Below are positions 19,740-28,393 of a DNA stretch of 64,000 bases, piece after piece (position 1 is the stretch's first letter; every line of letters starts with the position of its first letter). The notes beneath the pieces are model-generated. The model was not told the DNA's origin. It saw only the letters and a list, made by a program, of their open reading frames with translations, and did not search any database. Source of the stretch: Alphaproteobacteria bacterium (GTDB lineage Bacteria; Pseudomonadota; Alphaproteobacteria; Micavibrionales; Micavibrionaceae); assembly GCA_009995595.1 (NCBI GenBank), contig JAACPE010000003.1, positions 12,871 through 76,870 on the forward strand, written 5' to 3'. Both the position numbers and the translations under genes were made by a program.

Positions 19740-20687
19740 ATGTCTATATGCCCCCCTTCGCGTTTCTTTGGTCTAAAGAGAATAAGAAGGTTAACATTAT
19801 TAAACATAACAATGTGTTTGCTCGCGCTCAACACAACAGCGTGTCATTTTGACTTTTTCTCCTCGAATGATCGCGCCCCAAAAGCAATGCCCCCTAAACC
19901 GATACAAACGGCAGTGTCTTATGACGAAGCCAGCGATCTCGCCCTGCCCGCGACAAGCGCCGACGGGTTTGGTGATGCGCCTCAAATTAATATTGAACGT
20001 GGTAATTTAAAGGGTGCTCTCACAGTAAATGACACACTTTTATTCGAAGAAAATATTTCCAATGAAGGCAAACGCTTTGACCGCGTCGAAGACATCGTCC
20101 AGCGTATTTCCGATAAGATGAACAAGATGGAACCAACCGTTGATCGTCTTGCCAAGGTAGAGCAGGATTTAGAAGGTCTTACAGAACAGCTGGAAGTTTT
20201 AGTCAACCAAGAAACAATGACAATGCGCCAACACGGATCATACGATAGCAGTGCCAAGGTAGAGGGAGTGGTTCCGATTGCAGATGCGGCGCAACAACAA
20301 AATATTGGCAATGTTCCATTTGCGGGAAATATGACCTTTGCGACCGATGCAAGTTTACGCAATATTGTTCAAGGCATTCGCACCGCCGACCATAAGACCA
20401 AAACGCGTATTGTTTTGGAAACCAGTGAGCTGATGCATTACATCACGGCGATCAATAATAATAAATTTACTTTCACTGTGGCCTATTACGGCAATGTGCC
20501 GCAGATGGATTTAAACAGCCTGACGAATTCTTCCAAAGAGATTGTTTCTGTTATGGCGCAGCAAAATGGGCCAGAGGCGACAATTACGTTTCAATTGAGC
20601 GATCCAACAGTGCTGATGAAAGAAGGGCGCATTCATCCAAATAAAGATAACGCGCAACACCGCATTTATTTGGACATCAAACGCTAG
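19740..20687 (+). CDS. Hypothetical envelope protein: hydrophobic, lipoprotein-like N-terminus, coiled coil and AMIN-like C-terminal domain
   Basis: The N-terminus is ...MCLLALNTTAC, the centre is a heptad-rich segment (EPTVDRLAKVEQDLEGLTEQLEVL), and the C-terminus (IRTADHKTKTRIVLETSELMHY...RIYLDI) resembles AMIN. The start is uncertain (GTG 19704 or ATG 19740). Confidence 0.45.
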   Translation: MSICPPSRFFGLKRIRRLTLLNITMCLLALNTTACHFDFFSSNDRAPKAMPPKPIQTAVSYDEASDLALPATSADGFGDAPQINIERGNLKGALTVNDTLLFEENISNEGKRFDRVEDIVQRISDKMNKMEPTVDRLAKVEQDLEGLTEQLEVLVNQETMTMRQHGSYDSSAKVEGVVPIADAAQQQNIGNVPFAGNMTFATDASLRNIVQGIRTADHKTKTRIVLETSELMHYITAINNNKFTFTVAYYGNVPQMDLNSLTNSSKEIVSVMAQQNGPEATITFQLSDPTVLMKEGRIHPNKDNAQHRIYLDIKR

Positions 20688-21589
20688 GCGCTCTCGCCAT
20701 CTTCAAGCATTTCATGAGGGAGTAAAACATCGGCGCTACGGGCTACGAATTCGGGGTTGAGAAATTTAGGATCTGCACCGCCATAGGTCAGATCATTACC
20801 GTTCATATCCGTGAGTTTCCCGCCCGCACCCAGCAAAACGGCGTGCCCTGCCGCCGTGTCCCATTCACATGTCGGGCCAAAGCGCGGATACATATCCGCT
20901 TTACCCGCCGCAATTGAGCATATTTTGAGAGAGCTGCCCCGTTTGATTTGTTTTTTGACCATATAGTGTGCCAAAAAATTATCCAATTCTTGGCCACTGC
21001 CATGGGATTTACTCGACACAATTGTTAGCCCCTCAAGCGGCATAGGGCGCACATGAATCGGTTTTTCTTTTTCGGTATCATCCATATATTTAAGGGCTGT
21101 TCCTTCACCGTGAGCAGCATAAAGCTCGCCAGGGACTGGCGCATAAACAACACCTAAAATAGGCATTCCGTTTTTAATAAGAGCAATATTAACGGTATAA
21201 TCACCGCTTCCTGAAATAAATTCTTTTGTCCCATCCAATGGATCAACAAGCCAGAAGTACTCTTCGGCGCTCAGATCAGGGCGGTATCCATCAGAAGCCG
21301 CCTCTTCACCCACGACCATCACATCGGGGGTAATATCTTTGAACGCTTTTTCGATGAGCTCTTCTGCCTTTTGATCGGCGAGCGTCACGGGCGAGCCATC
21401 CCCCTTAAAATCCGCACCATCATAGCCCGCATCATCAAAGTAATTGAGAGTGAGCTCCCCCGCTTCTAGTGCAAGACGGCGAATCTGGTTGCAAAGCGCT
21501 TGAGGGTAATTCAAGATTTTGCTCGTATATGTCTTTTGGGCAATATTATTTGAGGACACGTAAGTTTCCTTTGGTTTGTTTTTGAGCAT
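20684..21589 (-). CDS. cysQ: 3'(2'),5'-bisphosphate nucleotidase
   Basis: Inositol-monophosphatase family motif [12 protein letters not shown]. It sits last in the cysD-cysNC operon. The start is ATG 21589 or TTG 21592, overlapping the end of cysNC. Confidence 0.85.
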   Translation of the reverse strand: MLKNKPKETYVSSNNIAQKTYTSKILNYPQALCNQIRRLALEAGELTLNYFDDAGYDGADFKGDGSPVTLADQKAEELIEKAFKDITPDVMVVGEEAASDGYRPDLSAEEYFWLVDPLDGTKEFISGSGDYTVNIALIKNGMPILGVVYAPVPGELYAAHGEGTALKYMDDTEKEKPIHVRPMPLEGLTIVSSKSHGSGQELDNFLAHYMVKKQIKRGSSLKICSIAAGKADMYPRFGPTCEWDTAAGHAVLLGAGGKLTDMNGNDLTYGGADPKFLNPEFVARSADVLLPHEMLEDGESA

Positions 21590-23453
21590 CAATCAAGACA
21601 TTCATCTCAATATAATCCACAATTTGCGTGACGCAGGTTTGGACATCATTTTTTGCCGTATCCACAACTAGATCTGGGTTATGTGGTGGCTCATAAGGAG
21701 AGTCAATCCCTGTAAATTCTTTAATCTCACCGCTTCGTGCTTTTTTATAAAGCCCCTTTGGGTCACGTGCTTCGCAGGTTTTTAAATCTGCTTTAACGTA
21801 TATTTCATGAAAATGCTGCGGCGCGGCGCGGCGCGCGCGGTCACGGTCTGCCTGATAGGGAGAGATAAACGCAGACAAAACAATAATGCCCGCATTGGCC
21901 TGCAACGCGGCGACCTCACCGACACGGCGGATATTCTCTGTGCGGTCTTCGGGGGAAAAACCCAAATCAGAATTAAGGCCGTGGCGCACATTATCCCCAT
22001 CAAGCACGTAAATGTTTTTGCCGCGTTCAAAGATAGTCCTTTCAACTTCGATCGCAAGCGTCGATTTACCAGAGCCTGACAACCCCGTCAGCCAGAAAAT
22101 GCCGCCATAATGCCCAAACATTGCCGCGCGCATATCGGGCGTGACGGAGTGACTTACTTTATAAATATTTTTTGATTTAGGATTATTGGATTTTCGTTGA
22201 TCAGGATAAGCGCTCATATCAATCAAGCCGCCGCCCACAACATCATAATCTTCGTAAATTACAAGACGCCCCAACTTAGTATTTTCAACGTAGCCATCAA
22301 TAGGCATAATGGCGCGTGATCGTAGTGTAATTTGTGCAACAGCATTTTTCACAACTTGCGCGGCGTTTTCTTCTTTGCCAAGGTCCTGCGTATCGACCAG
22401 CGTATCAATGGATTGCACACTTACCCGAACCTCATTTGTACCAAAGCGGGCGCGGTAAGTATTACCCACCTTCATCGGTTTTTCAGACAGCCAAAAAATA
22501 TTGGCTTGAAAGACATTGGATAAAACAGGAAGTGTATCTTCGTGACTTGCGACATGGCCGCGCTCAACAAATATAGGCTCAGATAAAGTAATACCAATAG
22601 ATTGCCCAGCGCTTGCGGTCACACGATCACTTTTTTGAGGCCAGCTTTCAATACTTGTCACAACCGCTTTTTCATTGGTGGGAGAAAAAAACAGTGTGTC
22701 ACCAACGTGTAAAACCCCTGTTTCCACGCGCCCAACCAAAATACGTTTTTCTTCAAAACGATAGACATCTTGAATCGGAAAGCGTAAGGGCTTTGATACC
22801 AGCGGGCTTGAGATATCAAAACTATCCAGCGCCTCGATCAATGTCTTTCCTTTATACCATTGCATTTTATCGCTACGAGCGGCAAGCATATCACCATCAC
22901 GCGCGGCCATCGGAATTATAAAATGTGCCTGAAGGCCAATTGATTGCAGATAGGCGGCGCATTCTTTTGATACCGCATCAAAGCGTTTAGGGTCATAGCC
23001 AACCTTATCCATTTTATTAACGGCAACGGCAATTTGTTTCATGCCAAGTAAATGAAGCATATAGGCGTGACGGCGTGTTTGCTCTTTAACGCCTTCATCG
23101 GCATCCACAACCAAAACGGCGGCGTCAGCCTGCGCCGCGCCGGAGATCATGTTTTTTAAAAATTCACGATGACCGGGCGCATCAATAATGACGTAATCAC
23201 GATTGTCCGTGGAGAAGAAAATCTGGGTTGTATCAATGGTCACTGCTTGGTCACGCTCTGCCTGAAACGCATCAAGGACGAATGAGTATTCAAACGGCAC
23301 ACCCCGACGCGCGCATACGGATTTTATATCTTCCAGCTTGCCATCTTCCAAGCTATTCGTGTCATGTAACAAGCGCCCAATAAGCGTTGATTTACCATGG
23401 TCAACATGCCCCACAATAACAACATTCAATTTTTGTGCGTTTTTGTTACTCAT
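21546..23453 (-). CDS. cysNC: Bifunctional sulfate adenylyltransferase subunit 1 / adenylylsulfate kinase
   Basis: N-terminal translational-GTPase P-loop (GHVDHGKST) and a C-terminal APS-kinase P-loop (GLSGSGKST). 635 aa. Confidence 0.95.
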   Translation of the reverse strand: MSNKNAQKLNVVIVGHVDHGKSTLIGRLLHDTNSLEDGKLEDIKSVCARRGVPFEYSFVLDAFQAERDQAVTIDTTQIFFSTDNRDYVIIDAPGHREFLKNMISGAAQADAAVLVVDADEGVKEQTRRHAYMLHLLGMKQIAVAVNKMDKVGYDPKRFDAVSKECAAYLQSIGLQAHFIIPMAARDGDMLAARSDKMQWYKGKTLIEALDSFDISSPLVSKPLRFPIQDVYRFEEKRILVGRVETGVLHVGDTLFFSPTNEKAVVTSIESWPQKSDRVTASAGQSIGITLSEPIFVERGHVASHEDTLPVLSNVFQANIFWLSEKPMKVGNTYRARFGTNEVRVSVQSIDTLVDTQDLGKEENAAQVVKNAVAQITLRSRAIMPIDGYVENTKLGRLVIYEDYDVVGGGLIDMSAYPDQRKSNNPKSKNIYKVSHSVTPDMRAAMFGHYGGIFWLTGLSGSGKSTLAIEVERTIFERGKNIYVLDGDNVRHGLNSDLGFSPEDRTENIRRVGEVAALQANAGIIVLSAFISPYQADRDRARRAAPQHFHEIYVKADLKTCEARDPKGLYKKARSGEIKEFTGIDSPYEPPHNPDLVVDTAKNDVQTCVTQIVDYIEMNVLIDAQKQTKGNLRVLK

Positions 23454-23456
23454 GCT

Positions 23457-23957
23457 TTATCGACCTAAAAATTTAACCATGTGTTTTTCATCATAATAAC
23501 GCCCATCGACGCAGATGGCGCGCTCTTCGATGCCCCATATTTTAAAGCCTGCTTTTTCATATGTGCTTTGCGCGGCTTCGTTACCCTCAACAACACAAAG
23601 CTGAACCAGTTTGGCGGTATCGGGAAGATTTTTAATCGCCTCAACAAGTAAATCATAACTCAGCCCCTGCCCGCGATATTCTGGCTTCACGTATAAACCC
23701 CAAATCATCGCTTTATGTTTGGCATTGTCATGAGGTTGCATAAAAAATCCAGTGGTCGCAATAATTTCATTATTGTCAAAAGCCGCAAAAATAGCGCCGT
23801 TATTAATGCGGTACAAAAAGAAATCATCATTTTGTTTACGCGTATTATTGTAACTGTCGGCATAGGCCTCTGGATGATTTTTGAGCATCTCAAGACGGAT
23901 ATACCGATATCCCGAAACATCATCATCATTCAATTGGCGGATTTTAATTTTACTCAC
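23457..23957 (-). CDS. GNAT-family N-acetyltransferase
   Basis: 166 aa with the acetyl-CoA motif region YRGQGLSYDLL and the C-terminal YEKAGF. The GTG start overlaps the cysD TGA (GTGA), and the stop lies 3 nt before the cysNC ATG. Confidence 0.85.
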   Translation of the reverse strand: MSKIKIRQLNDDDVSGYRYIRLEMLKNHPEAYADSYNNTRKQNDDFFLYRINNGAIFAAFDNNEIIATTGFFMQPHDNAKHKAMIWGLYVKPEYRGQGLSYDLLVEAIKNLPDTAKLVQLCVVEGNEAAQSTYEKAGFKIWGIEERAICVDGRYYDEKHMVKFLGR

Positions 23958-24751
23958 ATGTACCCCTGACTGCGTAGTTTTTCAAAACTATCTTCTGTTT
24001 CTTTATCCATGCTGCGCCCCGCACGCTCTGACGTGTTTGTGGTTTCTAGTTCATGGATAATTTTCTCAATTGTATCAGCGTCACTGGGTACGGGCTTGGT
24101 GATATTTTTCTCACCCAAAGAGCGGTAGCGCATCCCATCACGCGCAAAATATAAATCACAAAGCGGAATATTTTCTTTTTGCGTATAGCGCCAGATATCA
24201 AGCTCTGTCCAGTGCAAGATCGGATGGACGCGCACATGACAGCCCTCGGGAAATTCTGTTTTATACTGATCCCAAAATTCTGGTGGCTGATCTTTAAAAT
24301 CCCATGACCCATCCAGAGAGCGGGGAGAAAACACACGTTCTTTTGCGCGAAGTCCTTGCTCATCACGGCGGATACCGCATAAAATTCCTTTAAATTGGTG
24401 TTCCGCTAGCAGTGTTTTTAACCCTTCTGTTTTTCGCATGGCGCTTCGGGTTGCAGGGGGGAGCGTTTGATCCATTTCTTCTTCTGGCGGGCAAAGATGA
24501 TTGATGACATCTAAATCCCAGTCTTTGGCCAGCTTATCGCGAAAGGCGTAGACCTCATCCATCTCCATCCCTGTATCAAGCAAGATCAGGGGAAACGGGA
24601 CGCGGCCAAAAAATGCTTTACGCACAAGCCAGAGCATCGCCGTTGAATCTTTACCAATCGACCAAAGCATGCCGAGCGGATTAATACGCGCATATGCCTC
24701 ACGAATAATGTAAAGAGAGCGAGATTCAAGGTCATCTAAATGATGTGACAT
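23954..24751 (-). CDS. cysD: Sulfate adenylyltransferase subunit 2 (short form)
   Basis: PP-loop SIGKDS, HWTELDIW and C-terminal SERAGR...QGYM motifs shared with CysD. It is about 35 aa shorter than E. coli CysD. Confidence 0.9.
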   Translation of the reverse strand: MSHHLDDLESRSLYIIREAYARINPLGMLWSIGKDSTAMLWLVRKAFFGRVPFPLILLDTGMEMDEVYAFRDKLAKDWDLDVINHLCPPEEEMDQTLPPATRSAMRKTEGLKTLLAEHQFKGILCGIRRDEQGLRAKERVFSPRSLDGSWDFKDQPPEFWDQYKTEFPEGCHVRVHPILHWTELDIWRYTQKENIPLCDLYFARDGMRYRSLGEKNITKPVPSDADTIEKIIHELETTNTSERAGRSMDKETEDSFEKLRSQGYM

Positions 24752-24769
24752 AGAGCAGGCGCCTTTTGT

Positions 24770-26128
24770 TTATGAAACAACTTTTAGGGTTTTGTTTTCT
24801 TCAGCAAACTGTTTAGAGAGAACATCAGGGCGACCAATCGACACATAATGAAAACCCAATTCATTCATAACATGCGGTTTATAGATATTGCGTAAATCAA
24901 TCAGGCGTTTTGTTTTCATGCTGTCGCCGATACGTTTTAGGTTTAAGGCGCGGTACTCATTCCACTCAGTAATAATAACAACCGCGTCGGCATTCTGCGC
25001 GGCGGCGTAGGCTTCATCAGCCCATGTGATATTATGCAGCTGCTTTTGGGCTTCCTCGCGGGCTTCGGGATCGTGCGCAACAATAGTGGCACCCGCTTGT
25101 TGTAAAGCAGGAATAATGACTAGGCTCGGCGCATCACGCACATCATCTGTATTGGGTTTAAAGGCAACACCTAAAACAGCAATCGTCATTCCCGACACAT
25201 CACCGCCGCACGCTTCAATAACGCGCTGCGCCATTTTCTTTTGGCGGTTATTATTGACCTGCACAACGGATTCAACAATACGCTGCGGCGCGCCCAAAAG
25301 CTCACCCGTATGAGTCAGCGCCAATGTGTCTTTAGGGAAACATGACCCGCCGTAACCAGGGCCAGCATGAAGGAATTTTGACCCGATACGACCATCAAGC
25401 CCCATGGCCTTTGACACGTCCTGAACATTCCCGCCAGAGGCTTCGCATAAATCAGCAATTTCGTTGATGAATGAAATCTTGGTCGCCAAAAACGCATTAG
25501 CGGCATATTTAATAATCTCTGAACTTTCCGGCGAGGTGACAACCATCGGCGTTTCATTGATATAAAGCGGGCGATAAACCTCCTTCATCACCTCAACAGC
25601 GCGGGCGCTGTCCGTCCCGATCACAACGCGGTCAGGGCGCATAAAGTCATTCACTGCAGCCCCTTCACGTAAAAATTCAGGGTTTGAGCAGACATCAATT
25701 TGACCTTCTTTACCGCCCTCTTTAACAATTTTTTCTACTTCACGCGCCGTGCCAACAGGCACAGTCGATTTGGTCACAATGACCGTATAGCCTTTGGCGG
25801 CAGCAACCACCTCACGTGCAGCAGCATAGACATATTGAAGATCAGCATGGCCATCACTGGCGCGCGGGGGCGTCCCCACCGCAATAAACACAACATCCGC
25901 TTTTTCAACACTTGATGCGAGCTGCGTTGTAAAGGATAAGCGCCCCGCTTTCACTTGCTTGGCGACAAGGTCTTCAAGACCTGGTTCAAAAATTGGAATA
26001 ATACCCTGTTTCAGTTTTTCGATTTTGGCCGCGTCTTTATCAACGCACGTGACTTCAATACCGAATTCAGCAAAACACGCTCCCGAGACAAGGCCAACAT
26101 ATCCTGTACCAATCATCGCTAAACGCAT
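24770..26128 (-). CDS. ugd: UDP-glucose 6-dehydrogenase
   Basis: MIGTGYVGLVSG Rossmann motif and the catalytic GGSCFPKD. 452 aa. Confidence 0.9.
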   Translation of the reverse strand: MRLAMIGTGYVGLVSGACFAEFGIEVTCVDKDAAKIEKLKQGIIPIFEPGLEDLVAKQVKAGRLSFTTQLASSVEKADVVFIAVGTPPRASDGHADLQYVYAAAREVVAAAKGYTVIVTKSTVPVGTAREVEKIVKEGGKEGQIDVCSNPEFLREGAAVNDFMRPDRVVIGTDSARAVEVMKEVYRPLYINETPMVVTSPESSEIIKYAANAFLATKISFINEIADLCEASGGNVQDVSKAMGLDGRIGSKFLHAGPGYGGSCFPKDTLALTHTGELLGAPQRIVESVVQVNNNRQKKMAQRVIEACGGDVSGMTIAVLGVAFKPNTDDVRDAPSLVIIPALQQAGATIVAHDPEAREEAQKQLHNITWADEAYAAAQNADAVVIITEWNEYRALNLKRIGDSMKTKRLIDLRNIYKPHVMNELGFHYVSIGRPDVLSKQFAEENKTLKVVS

Positions 26129-26343
26129 TGCAAACTCTCCAAATCTTGTTTTTATTCAATCAGTTAAACACTCATGCCTATAAAATAGCGCCAACACGCA
26201 AAAAACAAGTGTTTATTACTTTAAAAACAGACTTATTAATCGGTTTTAGCGTACCAAATTAAAGAAAAAATTGCATGTTCCACCCTTTTTTGATTAGAGT
26301 ATGATCCAGCAAGACATAAATAAAACCTTAAGGATATTTTCTC

Positions 26344-27099
26344 ATGGCCGAAACAGACGCCAAAGCCGTGCCACTACCCCTCTTTTATTCAAAGCCAATA
26401 CCGCTTGATGCAAAAAAGCACGTAGACTTGGCTCTTGTTCAAGATTTTGGGTTAGGCTTTACAAGAAATGTGAACGCGGTTCCGGTAAACCTTATTGAAT
26501 TGCCGCAAATCTGCCATTTCTATCCGATCGCTTTTTCTCCTGATGAAAGCGCAACCCCCGTTGCAATATGCGGCCTAAGGGATAATGAAAACCTGTTTCT
26601 ACGTAAAGACAACACATGGGAGGAGGATACCTATATTCCTGCCTATATCCGCCGTTATCCATTTATTTTTTCTGAAATGCCCGATAGCGACCAGTTATCG
26701 CTTTGCATTGATATGAATGACACCGTCACTGAAGAAGGCGGCGAGCAAAAATTCTTTACAACAGATGGTAAACCGACACAGCTCGCGCAAAATGCGCTTG
26801 AGTTTTGTAAATCTTACCACGCCGCCGCGCAACAAACGGTTCAATTTGGGCAAGCATTAGCAAAATCTGGGCTTTTGGTGGAGCGTCAGGCCGAAATTAA
26901 TATTGGGGGCGGCAAGAAGATTAATTTTTCTGGTTTCCGTATTATTGATGAGGAGAAACTGGCCGCCCTTGACGATGCGACCTATCTAGAATGGCGCAAA
27001 AAGGGCTGGATTCCCTTCCTTTACGCACATTTATTCTCTGGCTCGCAATGGCAAAGATTGACGCGCTTGTTAAATGAGCGTAATAAGAATAATAATTAA
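26344..27099 (+). CDS. SapC-family protein
   Basis: The ELPQICHFYPIAF and YIPAYIRRYPFIF motifs are typical of the SapC family. Confidence 0.75.
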   Translation: MAETDAKAVPLPLFYSKPIPLDAKKHVDLALVQDFGLGFTRNVNAVPVNLIELPQICHFYPIAFSPDESATPVAICGLRDNENLFLRKDNTWEEDTYIPAYIRRYPFIFSEMPDSDQLSLCIDMNDTVTEEGGEQKFFTTDGKPTQLAQNALEFCKSYHAAAQQTVQFGQALAKSGLLVERQAEINIGGGKKINFSGFRIIDEEKLAALDDATYLEWRKKGWIPFLYAHLFSGSQWQRLTRLLNERNKNNN

Positions 27100-27128
27100 G
27101 GAAAATAACTGTAGTTAAGGAGCAGGCA

Positions 27129-27707
27129 ATGGCGAAAGTCGGGGCGCAGCGCGCAGCAGAGTTAACGGGTAAATCTAAGTCCACTATTCAACGATCCATG
27201 AACAATGGAAAGCTGTCTTACGAACTTGATAGCAATAATCGTCGTCTCATTGATGTATCTGAGCTTGAGCGTGTTTTCGGCCTTGAACCACAGGGGAATA
27301 CAAAATCCATGGAAGCCACCCAGCACAGCATCGAAGCCGAACTTAAGAAGGCTGCCGATATGCTCGAGATGGAGCGCATGAAGATGAAAGTTAAAGCGCT
27401 CGAAGACCAACTCGACACCGCCGAAACGACGATCGAAGACTTAAAAGGTCAGCGTGACCAATGGCAAAAACAAGCCCAACAAGTCCTCATCACCAGCCAA
27501 TACAGCCAAAAGCAGGCCGAAGAATTAAAGGCAGAGTTGAAAGAGCGTGAAGAAAAAGCGCGTAAACGCCGCGAAGAAATGTTGCAAGAGCGCATGAAAC
27601 GCCTTCAAGGACAAAACCAAAACCAAAAGCAACAAGAAGAGCAAGCCTCAAGCGCGTTTGATTTTGGTGGCCTTTGGAAAAAACTTAAAGGCGACAAAGC
27701 AGCGTAG
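27129..27707 (+). CDS. Hypothetical DNA-binding (HTH-like N-terminus) coiled-coil protein
   Basis: The N-terminal segment AAELTGKSKSTIQRSMNNGKL looks like a helix-turn-helix. The remainder is a Glu/Lys/Gln-rich heptad sequence. The protein ends in -DKAA. Confidence 0.5.
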   Translation: MAKVGAQRAAELTGKSKSTIQRSMNNGKLSYELDSNNRRLIDVSELERVFGLEPQGNTKSMEATQHSIEAELKKAADMLEMERMKMKVKALEDQLDTAETTIEDLKGQRDQWQKQAQQVLITSQYSQKQAEELKAELKEREEKARKRREEMLQERMKRLQGQNQNQKQQEEQASSAFDFGGLWKKLKGDKAA

Positions 27708-27735
27708 TTTTTATAGCGCACGAAATTAAAAGAAG

Positions 27736-27758
27736 CGGCCTCATGGGGCCGTTTTTTT
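27736..27758 (+). terminator. Rho-independent terminator
   Basis: CGGCC-TCATGG-GGCCG stem-loop followed by TTTTTTT. Confidence 0.6.
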
Positions 27759-27802
27759 ATATCCTTTTTACATTCCTTAAATAAATGTGATAAAATCGAT
27801 TA

Positions 27803-28375
27803 ATGAATAAATTATTGTTTTTATTGGCTTTTATCCTTATCGCTGTGGCCGCCACGGCGGGCCCTGCGTTTGCATATTACGAAGTGAAAAACAGCTATTA
27901 CTTTATGAAAGATGACGGCGAATTTTCAGATGATGAAAAAGATCAAGAAGCCATGTATGTCTATGAGCAGTGTCAGGGCAATGCCTTGCGCGCGATCTAT
28001 TTTGATTGCGCGTGTATTGCAGGGGCGTTCCGTCAAATTCGCGATGAAGATGAATTCATCCGCCCGCAAGAAACCATTTTGCAGACTTTATTTGATGATG
28101 ATTCAAGAGGCTGCGTCAACGAAGAGCGTATCGCCGGGCAGGCTTATCTTAATTGCTCTGAATATGCCGCCGCTATGCGTCATCGCCGCAAAGATAACGA
28201 AGAATTTTGTGAATGCGTCGCCAATGATGTCGCTAGGAAATTTTCAGATGACCCGCGTTTAAGATCGCTTCATATTCAAAATCTGCAAACGAATGCCTAT
28301 TCGCAGTGCAACCCAGCAACGCGCGAAGCCTTGCGTATTATTGAAGAGAGAAATGCAAAAGCACGTGCTAAATAA
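27803..28375 (+). CDS. Secreted Cys-rich hypothetical protein
   Basis: Signal peptide MNKLLFLLAFILIAVAATAGPAFA|YY and eight Cys in the mature part. No motif recognised. Confidence 0.5.
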   Translation: MNKLLFLLAFILIAVAATAGPAFAYYEVKNSYYFMKDDGEFSDDEKDQEAMYVYEQCQGNALRAIYFDCACIAGAFRQIRDEDEFIRPQETILQTLFDDDSRGCVNEERIAGQAYLNCSEYAAAMRHRRKDNEEFCECVANDVARKFSDDPRLRSLHIQNLQTNAYSQCNPATREALRIIEERNAKARAK

Positions 28376-28393
28376 TTTTCAACCATATTATTT

